From assembly GCF_026571515.1 (NCBI RefSeq), contig NW_026862826.1, positions 1-64,000 of the forward strand: a stretch of DNA of 64,000 bases. Direction: 5' to 3'. A program made the translations under genes and the position numbers. This stretch comes from Ruditapes philippinarum. Its lineage: Eukaryota. The notes below the pieces were generated by a model, which did not search any database, was not told where the DNA came from, and saw only the letters and a list, made by a program, of their open reading frames with translations. Below are positions 26,516 to 39,196 of this stretch, piece by piece. How positions within the stretch are numbered: position 1 is the stretch's first letter; the number at the start of each line of letters is the position of its first letter.

Positions 26516-29500
26516 TACGTTTAACACACATATTTAGAGCTACAGGGTCATAAATCTTTAAAACTTTTTATGATATTTATAATAATTATTGCTACTGGCT
26601 AACATTTGAAAACGATGATAAACAGTATGAGGGCAATTTATACATGATTTTGTATTATACAGAAACAAAAATTTGATGTTTCTTTTTTATAATTTACATT
26701 TTCTATAATAAATGCAACTCTTTAAGAAATGTAAAAAATTGATACAATGAATTTTACAAAATGTTTTTAAACCGCAAAATACACTTCAAATTCAATGCAA
26801 CTTGTAATATTATTCTAAAATTCTAAAATTGATAGTATGTTTTTGTTTAAAGGCATTTTGGAATTTGCTAATATTTTTTTGAATTGCACACCTTTTGCAT
26901 ACCAAATAAATTCGTGTGCTGTTTTGTCTGGTACAATATTAAGTTTCTTTAATTTCTAAATGCTCGTTAATAAGTTCGTTAATAAGTTCCTCACAAAGTC
27001 GAATCAATTCAAATCCTTTAACTGCTAAAATTCCGAATCGACATATCCAACTTTAATTTTAGGGATATCAAATTAAAATTTAAGAAAGTGAACTTACATT
27101 GTAGGCCCTTGTCAGACAGCTTTGGTGTGTAGGATAACTTTTCTCTATACTTGTAATGAAAATAATCATGTGTTTACCTGCACAGTGACGGCTCCTTTTT
27201 CCGTAATCGGTCATAAAATAATAAACGTAGGTATGCATGTGGCCTTAATTATAATCAAAGAGAAATTGTTTTGTAAGATGAAAATCAACAGTCAGAGGTT
27301 TTTTAAGCAAAGACACAAACAAACCCACTGTAAAAAGACATGCAAAAAGTGCATATTGTTCAATAAATGTTTACAGTAAACAAAAGATAGTATCTGCCTT
27401 GAAATGGAAATATCCGTATTTTCATTGTGTGACCTTTACAAAATGCTTTCAAGTACATTTTCTAAAAGCTTTGTTTCTAAGAAAACCTACAATTCACATT
27501 CGTATTAGAATAGAGTGAAACGCTCTTAACTGATCGAAATCATTGAACGCTTTTGGTTACGTGAAACTGAAATATAATATACCTCCATGCGTATACGAAT
27601 TAAATGTACAGACTGTAATGCGTCTCACCCCTTTGTTAAATCAAGTCCAGATTAAGTGATTTTATTTTGAATTCTGATAAAACGTTGGAATATATTAACG
27701 ATTGACACAGTGTCAAGAAATTTCACCCATGCACAACATTTTAAGAGGCAACAAAAAGACAAAAGGAAAAACTCGGGTAAAAGAAGAAGGGGTAATGTAA
27801 TGAGTTACATTTCAAGCTCGGTTTATAGGAGATGACTGAAAAGTAGCGCATCTTTCATAGCCCACAACATCGACTCCAACGGGATATCAAATGGAATCTC
27901 AGATTTGAACATGTAGCTTGAATATCATATGTTATTATGTAATCACTTTTTAAAATGTCGCATATATGTATTCCAAGGTATCACAGTCTGCATCGCCGTA
28001 TAATCTTAAATATAGCAAATTTTACTTCAAATAAAAGCTCATTCATATTCCTGTCTGATATATGAAACTGCTTATTAGCAATTATTTTATCAAACCTAGT
28101 TAAGAAAAGATATACAATAAGAGAAATAAACGTTAAGTAAAGGTTGTGTCTTTCAATAAAGATATCCTATATGATATTAGACTCCTTCGTCTATAAAATC
28201 TGTATCAATATACCTAAACATTCCCTGTCAACCAATGGCTATTCAAAACATGCAATCAACTCTAGTATGTAACAATAGTCTATATCTAATTCGCCAGTAG
28301 CACTGTTAAGCCGTGTCGATTACTTTTTCACATGTTTTCTATGTTTAACATATCTGTTGTTTTATCAATTTACTTTTAAATAATACTTACCGTAGTTATG
28401 TTTTTCATTTAATGCAATGCATCGGTTTTTATGGTTAACCATCTTAACATTAAAGCTGTCGATACAGTTTATAATGGTAACAAAAGAGCTAACTTTCCCT
28501 GCCATTTAGTTGCAGCAATTGCATTTAAAATGTTTGTCTGAAATGAACTAAGGTTCATTTATTGCATCATTCAGCAAGTATTTTATGATATTTTATTTAT
28601 TCTGTTATCAAATTATGCTGAAGTTAATGTCATACTTATAGGTACATTAATAAGCATTCCTTGCTCGACATCTTTAAATTATGTTAATGGTTAATTAACT
28701 AATATATGTTATGTTTGTTAGGAATAATTTTAATTAATAACATGTCTGACAATCTAACTATCTACTTTCATGTATTTATGCTTTGTTGATTATTTGTCGC
28801 ATAAATTAACAATATTCAGGTTGCAAATATCTGGATGTTTCAATAATAAATATCTAATAATCTATTTTATGTATTTATTTTACATCGTGCTGACTTTTTG
28901 AATTCGCTCAATTCTTAAGCAGCTATGCGTCTTATTCATTTAAAATCTATTTCACGGTGACTTACATTTTAATGCCTATGCTGCTTTCTTCAGGAAAAAA
29001 ACAACACCAACAATACTCTTAAATTTCTTTCAAGATATACTCTTGATCCTGAAACAACAAAATGCGAAACACTTTATCGTCATTGTTCTGTGAATAACGA
29101 AATAAATGTAAATTTTTCAAGGATGTTTGTGACAATTGGTGCTGGTTTATGTTTATGCATGTGATATTTCAGTAGAATTTCAAATTGTTTTTCTCCGTTA
29201 ACGATATTATTTATAAAATTTTTAAAATAAAAATATGTCTGTCTGTATTGCATAGGATTTTTATTCATTCTTTCAGACAGTAAGTTTGCTTTTTGATAAT
29301 ATTGAGAATTTCAAACATTTCTGATCTATTAATATGTTTTATACACAGTCATGTACTTCTCCTACAGTAGTAGGTTTATATACAAACATGTTATTTAGTA
29401 GGGTGTAACAAAGCATTATTTAGCGCCCTTCATTATATTTGTCGTACTTCACGTGCATCTACCTTTGAAGCCATCATTTTTTAAAGTGTGAATGTCCCTG

Positions 29501-31333
29501 GGACACTTTTTGGCAAGACATCAATAACAAAATAATACATGTAATACATATACGTAATTGAAACACCCGAAATTTCTGTGGCGAAAAATTAACTTTCAGT
29601 TCAAACCAGTAGTTTTTTCAGTAAAAAGAATACTTATTCTTGCGAACTTTGTTTATCTGATACATTGTGCATTTATTTAATCACCAGTTAACTCGCGGCA
29701 ACAGTTAATCCTCACTCCCTATTATTTTACATATTAGGTCATTATTATCCTTTAAAAGATAATGTTAAATACATGAAATAATGTTGTATTAATGTTTATT
29801 TAGAAATATCTACCATGGAAATATATTTTATTCAGATTAGAGCTGTTTTACTTTGCATTTTTGGTTTCATTTGAATTCATATTAAACTGCTTTAGCATTT
29901 ATCGTTTGATCATATTTAGATTGGCATTTGCAGTAGTATAAATTTGTAATTTTCTATTTTCAAAAATAAAATTCCATCTTTTCCACGCAAGCATCTAACA
30001 CTTCTAACGTTTAAAATATACCAACATATTTCATCTTGACGAAACAAATTTGTCAGACAGAGATATTAAAATCTGATTTATGTGCCAACTTTCCAAAGTG
30101 TACCATTTCAATCATTGACAACAATCTTAAATTGCGTGTCGTTATTTTTCGAAATTCTGAATTATATTGTGATAATTGTTTAATGTTTGTAAAATGATAT
30201 GCATTGCTCGAAATGAATTATGTTGTTGTGTGCGTATAGGTATATAAAAGTTTTTTAAACATTGATTTGTCGTAATATTTGTTATCAAGCTAGCACATCA
30301 TAGGTATAGTAAAAAAGTTAATTAGTTGATTCTTGTTTGGAAAAAGGGTACACTTTATTTTCATTTAAGGAGCTTGTATTTCTTCTAAGGAAGCTCAGGC
30401 ATGTCAGACTATTATATAGATAAAGAATGTCAAACAATATAAGGCTTTTAAAAAGGCACTATTGTCCTCATTGTAAATGTATTATTTGTCTGTTTGATGC
30501 TCTTTACATACACAAGTTTAACAAGCATATGTCTTATCTACCTTCTGTTTTGACAATCATAACTTCCTTTGGTACACAACACTTTGCTGCATGAAACCCA
30601 AAAACATATAGGTTTTTTTAATGTATTCGGTAATCATTGATTATATCATTGGTCGACTTATTTATTTTTATTCCATACATTGTGATTTACTTTTTTCTAG
30701 CAAATGTATGTTCAACATTTGCTTTGGTTTAACAAATATTGACTTCTCCATGCTCAATGCTTTGCTATCTAAAAAGACTCCATGACACTTCAAGCTGATG
30801 AAACCAACAGGAAATAAACAGTTCTGAGAAAGTATTCATAACAAAGACATAGAGAAAATATCTTAGAATCCTATGCTCATAAAAGCTACATTTTGTACGT
30901 TTAAGTCTCTCGTGTATTAATTTGCTGCGATGTTTATTATTGTGTCAACCAATAATATAACTTAAGTGGTCAAATGTACAATAGAACGTTACCCGTGTGT
31001 ATCAACTTTATCAACTCGTACAGTTATTACTTTCTTGATATCTGTATTCCAGTCCTGTTTAAAGATGTAAGATGATATATTATGATCAAAGCACGAAATA
31101 ACTTTGAGTTAGGCTACGTTTAATATCCAATACGTAACAAATTGCTTACATTTTTATTTGATATTTATAGTATAGATAGGGATAGTAGGATATTGTTTGA
31201 TTAGATTGAAGCCTCTCCTAAATAACAAAAAAATAATAGATTTTTCAGGCCAGGAATAAGTCAAGTTATAGTTTGCTTCCGTAGTCTTACTTCACTTCTA
31301 TAGTTTGCTTCCGTAGTCTTACTTCTCTACAGA

Positions 31334-31608
31334 GGGACGTCCGTGGCGTAGTGGTTAAGGTCGTTGACTTAAAATCACTTGCCCCTCACCTCTGTGGGTT
31401 CGAATGCCGACAGGGTTTTTGGATTCTTTCATGTGAGGAAGCTATCCAGCTAGCTTACGGAACGTCGATGGTTCTACTCAGTTCGCTGTTCGTGCCTGAA
31501 ATGATGCACGGAAGGGCACCTGAGGTCTTCCTCCACCACTAAAGCTGGATCGTCGCCAAATTACTTATACTGTGTCGGCGTGACGTAAAACGCAATCAAA
31601 CAAACAAA
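31334..31608 (+). mobile_element. tRNA(Ser-like)-derived SINE (V-SINE/RUDI-like, tentative)
   Basis: A box TGGCGTAGTGG, anticodon-like GACTTAAAATC, B box GGTTCGAAT, core GGTCTTCCTCCACCA, (CAAA)n tail. Confidence 0.9.
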
Positions 31609-31611
31609 GAC

Positions 31612-33940
31612 ATTTCAGTGTAACATTGACAATACGTCTTTCAAAGCTATTCAAGCAATGTATACAGATATGCAAAGTTGTGTGAAATTCCAAGGACTTT
31701 CTTCAAGTTGGTTCAACGTTGAGCAAGGCACTCGTCAAGACGGGAAGAGTTCTCCCGTATTTTACTTATTGTACATTAATGACCTTATACGACAGTTACA
31801 AGACAGTGGGCTTGGAATGTGCATTTACAAATTTGATATAAGCTCACCAACCGTTGCAGACGACATGATGATTATGTCTTACTCAGTGAGCGGTTTAAAT
31901 GAAATGTTGAACATCTGTAACACATACGCTAACAAATGGCGATACCAATATAATCCTGGAAAGTGCTCTGTAGTAGTATACAATGATAACAACAGGGATA
32001 ATATTAGTAGAACATTCAAACTGGGATCAAACACAATTGCTGAGCAGAATCAATATGTTCATCTCGGCATTATAAGCGACTCATACTTAAACACAAAAAG
32101 GTGCATTGAAGAAGCTTGTAGGAAGTTAAGAGGAACGTTTTTGAGCATTTGTAATAGTGGTGTCCATCCAGATAACTTAAATCCTATATCGTCCAAGAAA
32201 ATCTACAATAGTGTGGTTATTCCTAAAAGTCTTTATGGCTGTGAGTTGTGGGATGTTATTTCTACAACAGATTTACAACTGCTTGAACGATCTCACAGAT
32301 TTTGTATAAAAAACACACAGTCATTGAAGACAAATACACTCACAGACTACGTACTAAGCTCCATTGATTTGGTGTCCATTGAATCATTAATAGACTACAG
32401 AAAGTTGCAATTTTTGGGACAACTATGTCATCTATGAAACAATTATTTAGCAAAAGATATTTTCAACAACAGACTAGTTCGATTTCTGCAATTTAATACT
32501 CCATTCCGTGGATTTTTGCCAGATATCTATAGACTTCTACAAAAGTATCAACTATGCGATGTGTTACATACATACAAAGATACGGGATCCTTTCCATCGA
32601 AAATCGCTTGGAAACGTACACTTACAAAACATATAATTGATACTGAAAAACTTAATCGATATAACAGGCTAATGACAAGTGATCATGGCGACCTTTTAAG
32701 AGCTGTGATAACAGTGAATGAGCCACATGTACTGTGGCAGATAGCAAAATGTAACCAAACTCTTTTGAATATATGTTCCGTATTAGTTTCCGCCATTGGA
32801 ACTCTCTGTTCAAATGAATATATTCGAACGTGTTCAAAGTGTTCGGTGTTAACGGACGATATGACAACGCATTTGCTGCTGAACTGTTCTGAAAACAATT
32901 TATTAATTGAAAGTATGTGGAACAGCGTAATCGACCGCCTTGGCATGGACTGGTTTTCGGACTTGATCGGCCGTGAGCCTAGGGAGCAGTGTGTCAGGTG
33001 CCTTAGCTTGGCCATCCAGAATAACGATACGAAATTTTCAAACTTTTGGATGACTAAGTGTATGTTCAAAATGTACAAAGTGCATTAATCAGAAAATAGC
33101 ACAATTCTTTTGAAAGTATTGTTTTTATTTTATAAGTATCGATGTTATGTCTACTGAAACAAAGCTGAACTTTGTGTATGAATAAGAGAAATAACCATAA
33201 ATTATGCATATTTGATTTGCATTTATACATGTACATGAAAATTTATATCGCACATATCTTTTTCATTTAATTGCAAATTTACTGTATGTATTCATAATTG
33301 CAAAAAGTGTATTGATTTGGACTGTATTATACAATTGTTTCATACTCCATTTATAGCAGTAGCATAGCAGATTTAAGATTAAAAATGAATGATATTTACC
33401 ATTAATTAAGTGGTTACAGGAATTAAAAATCATTTTGTTAAATAATTCATTTCAAACATCAGAACTTTCCGTTTAGCGTTGAATTGTTCAATCAGTGTAA
33501 CTTGGATTACTATAGAAGTGAATTAAACAGTAACCATTTATATTCTTTATGAAAATGACATTTCGATTATCTAGTGAACTGGTCTAGGTTTTCATAAAAA
33601 TGTCATTGAATTAAAACTTGTAGATTTGTTTCCCTACTCTCTATTTCCTAGTGTTTCGTTTTCGCATTAGGCCGGGTTAGAGGGAAGTCTAAATCATATA
33701 CAAGCATTTTCCCCCGTCTTAATTCTTACTCAGTGCTATACGTTTCAGTTAGGGGCAAATCATATAATTGTGTTGTCCAATGTATACATTTTATAGATTA
33801 ATTGCATTTGTTTATCTATATTCTGTCTTGTAATGTATATATCACATTTGTATACTTGTTTTGTCTGTAGTTATTTAAAAACTTGTTGTGTAATTGTCGT
33901 TCAAATCTTCATGTATTATGGAGGATAATAAATAAATAAT
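31612..33940 (+). mobile_element. 5'-truncated LINE: RT C-terminal half, Cys/His knuckle, long 3' UTR
   Basis: GTRQDGKSSP, YINDL, VADD, HLGI and LYGCELW motifs. ORFs 31658-32437 and 32516-33088 are in the same frame, split by one TGA. C-terminal CSKC..HLLLNC; (AATA)n tail at ~33926-33940. Confidence 0.9.
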
Positions 33941-34088
33941 GAGTACCGCTCAAGTCGGTGTTTGAGGGTGTGAGGGATGTTGCACTTATTCATTATCGTT
34001 CATGTTCAGACTCAATCAAACTGAGTCTGCAATTCCCTTGTAATTTTGTTGTGATTAATGCTTCCGATGTATCACATTGTTTCCCGAT
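33941..34088 (-). repeat. Copy of a locally dispersed ~150-230-bp segment (CRLGLIE / NYxxIADSV* family)
   Basis: Aligns by eye to 47900-48133, 44100-44222 and the reverse complement of 53118-53346. Confidence 0.8.
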
Positions 34089-37000
34089 TTTTTAATATTC
34101 ACAAAGATTCTGATGACACTTTTAAGTAGCATATGTTAATATGCAGATGTGTATCAAACTAATGTTTTACTCACACCTTAAACCAAATTCATAGAAAACT
34201 TTTTCTAAAATATATCATGCTGTAATAATATCCGCATATTGAGTTTTGACTGAGATGAAGTATAATTGGCATTATATTCGACACGATTTTCCTTTTAAGA
34301 GAGATCATCTTTTATACTCCTTTTCACACTAGTGCAAATGTTCCTGGAAATAACATTCAAAATATTCAGAGAACAAATATTCTTTTAAAATGTTCACTGT
34401 AACAGTTAATTAGAATGTTTGTTTTTTGCATACAAAAAACATCGCTGTAATTTTCGAATACATTTTTTAGCAGTTAAAAAAACAAAATATATCATAATAT
34501 TAACTGATTTTATCAGTAAAGTCCTAACTGGATCCCACTGATGTTTTTCGAATATCATTGCTGAGTTTAATATTGATTTGGTAAAGTTTTTATTTAATCG
34601 ATTCTAGTGCATATCAGTGTTTACAACAATGCGTCCAAAATATTATAAATTTTGATATTTCATCATAACTTGTACTTAATTAAGCAAAATAATATATCTC
34701 ATTTCAAATAAATTTCCTATCCTTATAATATTATTATGTACATGTTGGTTGCATTCATTGAACGCCGCATTTCCTTGTTGATCTTGTTTATCATATTTTA
34801 TTCAACACTAGTGCTGGTTCTACAAAGTTATACGACAAAAGGAAAAATTATTTAAACCAAGTTATATCCTCGACAGCTTAAATCAAAATTGTGTTAGAAC
34901 GGTAAAGTTAATTTTTAGTATTGTTCGTTCCGATGAGAAAATTTATTTCAATGCTTATCGTTTTTCAACAAGTATTAAACGTGCTATATCGCCAGGCTAT
35001 AAAACTTTATACATATTGCTTTAATATGCTGCCCATGAGTATCGAAAAGTTGAATTTTGTTATGATTTTGTCATGTTATTTCGGTATAATGCATATGAAA
35101 AAAGGGAAAAGGAAATCCCTTACGAATGTCAAAAACGACAAATTCAAATATGTTGCGGGCTCCATTTGTTTGAGCATGTTCATACCTGTGCACATCAAAT
35201 GATGCTTTTTGTTTTGGTTTGTTATTCTGTGTCAAATGCATAAACATTGTAATAGGACACATTAGTCCAATAAATTAACATAAGGGAAGATTACATTTGC
35301 AGATAACGCTTTTTTCATGAAATGGGTCATGAATTCCTCTCTAAAATGCTTTTGTATTCATGCCTCTGGGGGGACCTGTCCTTTCAAGAAGTTTTATACT
35401 ATAAGATTTTCATTTCTCTCTTAAGTAAATTTAATAAAACCGAATCTGCGATTTCGAAATGCTTGATTATAGATTCATGACTCTCGGTCAACTCATCCTT
35501 ACTAGGTTTTGTCTATAAACAGATGTTTAATAACTTTAAACAATAGATTTTTAATCATTTAAGAATTAAAAAAGGCAAATTTTAGACTTTGTTTTAAGAA
35601 ATTTAAAAATAACTATTAAATAATATAATGCAAGCCTTCTGAGGCAGCTATGTAGGAAATAGTTCTGTTATAAATAGCGTCATGTCAATACGATATTTTT
35701 GTAAGATATACTTTTCATACACTAGTTAAAACCTGTTTTGATTAATATACTTTCCCTTCAAATACCAATTATATTTGACACTGATATCAATATTTTGACT
35801 GAAAGTTAAATAGACAGTATTATATTAGGACACGTGTTTGCTCTTAGAAGATAATCATCTTTTATAAGAACACAGTTTTGCTCTTACCAGCGAAATCATC
35901 GTGTTTCTTATTTCAGATCTAGTCTTATCTTAAATACATTGCGAAAGCTGTGTCGTAATACTCAATAAATAGATAAGGGCGTTTTCTTTGTAGGCGACTT
36001 TTTGTTCCGACTACAATATTTGCTAATCATTAGTATAGAAAAGTATAGATTATAACAGTCTATGTTTAAGTCTGATTAAATATTTGTTGTATTTAATATT
36101 CCATTTTATCTATCAAAATATTGAAGCTCATTATATGAAAACTAAAACAAATAGTTTTACTGCCTCTCGCAAAAAAGAGAGTTGTGTATGGAATATAAAT
36201 ATTTTAGTCATACGCTGTTTGAATGAAACAGTAATTAAATTTAACTACCATGAATGATTGGTGAAGCTATTCAACAAATAAAAATGGGAAACAATTATAA
36301 GGTAGTTAGTAAACAATAATATGTAATTGGCTGCCTAAAATGCTGGCATTGCTATAAAATATGGTTCTATACTCAAGAAATGGATATGGATATTATTGAA
36401 TCGCAATGTTTGGTAAGGACTGGTATTTTAAATGCTTTAAATCAGTTCATATTCAAGAGTTATTATAATCATATAAATGTACTCTGAATATAAATATAAT
36501 ACGACAATTTTTTAAGTATTAAATGAACGTGATGTCTAGAAATACTTGACAAATATGCAATTTAACAACGTTTGTTTGTAAAATATGCCACAACTGTCTT
36601 ATTGTACCTTCCCTACATGACAGTTGAAGTTATCAACGCATGATATAAGGGTTAAAGGTTTTTATAATTGCGAGATTCTTAAAAGCAGTGATAAAAATGA
36701 CACTTATCATTATTTTATGATACAATTAAGAAGAAGGATGGATCTGTAAAGTAATGAATAGTTAAATAAGTATCTTGCTCTTAAGCTTACATCAGTTCTG
36801 AAGTAATTTCATACTTCATCCGCTCGCTCAATCAAAATATTCTGTTTTAGATATAAGGAAACTTTAAAAGAATTAATATATTCTTTATAAATAATTTTGT
36901 TTATTCGTGTATATTACCTAGTTTAGATGAAAACACAGACGTAATTATACCACAACTAATTTTCATTATTAAATCTCCGATAAAGGGTATTATAACAGAC

Positions 37001-38489
37001 CACGTGGAACAATCAACACCGTATCATTTATACGATATAAATTAACGATATTTGCACTTGTATTCCGTTACATTTTACGAAGTATATTATGTTTAATGTC
37101 TATATATATTTATATAATATTATTACACTTTAAGAAAGAAAGTACAGGCTTATAAAATAGACAATAATACTAGTAATCAAAAATTAACGACCCATTTTAA
37201 CCATATCGACATTCAAAAGAAGTCATACGGATCTTTCCAAATATGAATCAATGACGTATTCAAAACCAGTTCACAAAATTAGGCATGTCACATATTTAAA
37301 CCCGACGTCTCATTAAAAATAATTTCACAGCATTGATTTGATTTGAAATAATGATATTTAATCTACAGCCTTTACAATAGAGATACCATATATAATTAGA
37401 CGATTTTCTGGAAGAGCATATTCGCATTTTAGAATTTTAGAAATGCCGAAAACATGACACCTTTCAGCTGTGACTATGACTCAATATAATATTAAAATGG
37501 TTATATGTGTTTAGCGTGATTATTTTTTTTTGATTGATTGACTTTCATTTTTTATTTATTTAAAGTGACGTTATGCTAATCTTTCATTGCATTGTCCAGT
37601 TGAGCTAAATTGACTGTATATGTCAAAGATTCACTATTTAAATGGTCATTGAACATGTATAAATGGCATTATACGACATCATCTCGCACTGGCTGAATGC
37701 TCCCACTCAGACCATTTTTATTCTTTTTTTTGTTGTAGAAAATCCGTCGACTCAAAGGTACAATATCTGAAAATTAGTTTCACGTACCAGATCATAAACC
37801 GAGTAATGTAAACTGATTTCAAATATTTCTATAATTTTTATTGTATTTTTTAAAATTGGAAAATGCTCCAAGTTTGACTCAACTATAGAAATGCTTCCAC
37901 TCGGAAGCAGGTAGTTTGCTGTCTACTTATTTAATCGAAATACGCTGAATATACTTTTAGTGCTATGTACTTTAAATTCACCTTTACAAAACATTCGTAG
38001 TAAATCATCTAAAGCATAATTACTTTATTAAAATGATTTTGCTTTTTACTAGACACAAAAACATCCTTTGTTGTACTATTTTTCGAGATTTTACATAGAA
38101 TTTTCTTCAATAGCCCAATGATAAAAAGTAAGATATATTACTTATTAGAAAGATGTTGATTGCGAAGATGTGTCGTTTTTAAGGGAAATTTAATTTTTAT
38201 TAGTTTTTAAATACTGCGTGAGCAGCATTATGGGCCTTTACTCAATAATTGCTGAATATAATATTTTGTTCATAATTTAAGACGTAATGACAAAAAAAAC
38301 AAAACAAAACAAAAAAACAAACAAGCAATGCTTTTACGTGAAGAGCTCTGATGCTTATGCTCAGTAAATATTAAAAAATCAATATAGTTTGTCCATAGTT
38401 GTGTTCATTGTTATATTGTACTGTGACATAATAATAATTCAAGATGCCAACGGACATTCCTATCAATTTTGTTAAAAATGTATCCGTAA

Positions 38490-38815
38490 TGTTTGCTCAA
38501 TCCTTGTATTTTGCCCAATTTTTTCTAAAACATAGAAAATATTTTATGAGATATTAAATACATTTACCGTGTTTTATTACACTCGGAAAAAATCATGTCC
38601 ACTACTTGTTACCACAGTTAGCAATATTAAGGCTTTAAATACCTATATAAATCAAAGAAATTAACATTATCTTTGTTAAAAGTATTTGTAAGATACATTG
38701 AAAATTGTAAAGGTAAAGAAGAAACATGCTAGGGTTTGAGCCTACACGCCTCATTTTAATGCAGTACATAGTAATTCTGGCTTTATAAGGAACATGTCAA
38801 ATTTGAGGTAATGGA
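38490..38815. mobile_element. Old remnant related to the Kolobok-like MITE at 49558-50326
   Basis: gggtttgagcctacacgcctcatttt...gaggtaatg matches ggggtttgaacccacgcccctcatttt...gaggtaatg. Confidence 0.5.
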
Positions 38816-39196
38816 TGGTTTAACAATCTGTAACTTTATTTTCATTTATTTTCAGGATACAAAATACTGAATTAATCATCGTCATATAAGGCATAAAATG
38901 TGTGCAATTCATTGAAACATTTTTGTGCAAAACATAGATTATTCATGTAAGACATAATACATCTTCTTTTTCGAATTTCCTCCCCTTTTGTACACAAGAA
39001 TACATGTGAATATATATGTTTGTGGAACATGAAATAATGATGCAAGAATGACTATGATCATATATTAAACAATAAAGGCTTCGCAACGAGGCACATTTTT
39101 CAAACTGCATGTTTCTTCTTCTTTAAAGACAATTATTCCAACAAAAGTGTAATGTTCCTTTTTTCATTGATCTTACCCGGGTATAACTCATGTACA

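Noticed and set aside
29277-29279. 3-nt micro-exon candidate (ttctttcag ACA gtaagt)
   Set aside because: No gene context or supporting evidence; can arise by chance.
30690-30880. Minus-strand MSIGF*DIFSMSLL, resembling the 25478 exon
   Set aside because: In-frame stops, no convincing splice sites, and similarity too short.
31334-31415. tRNA gene (also at 16290-16370)
   Set aside because: The tRNA-like head runs into a SINE core and tail, and the acceptor stem does not pair.
32652-33078. Minus-strand ORFs of 71 and 131 aa
   Set aside because: Antisense shadows of the LINE ORF.
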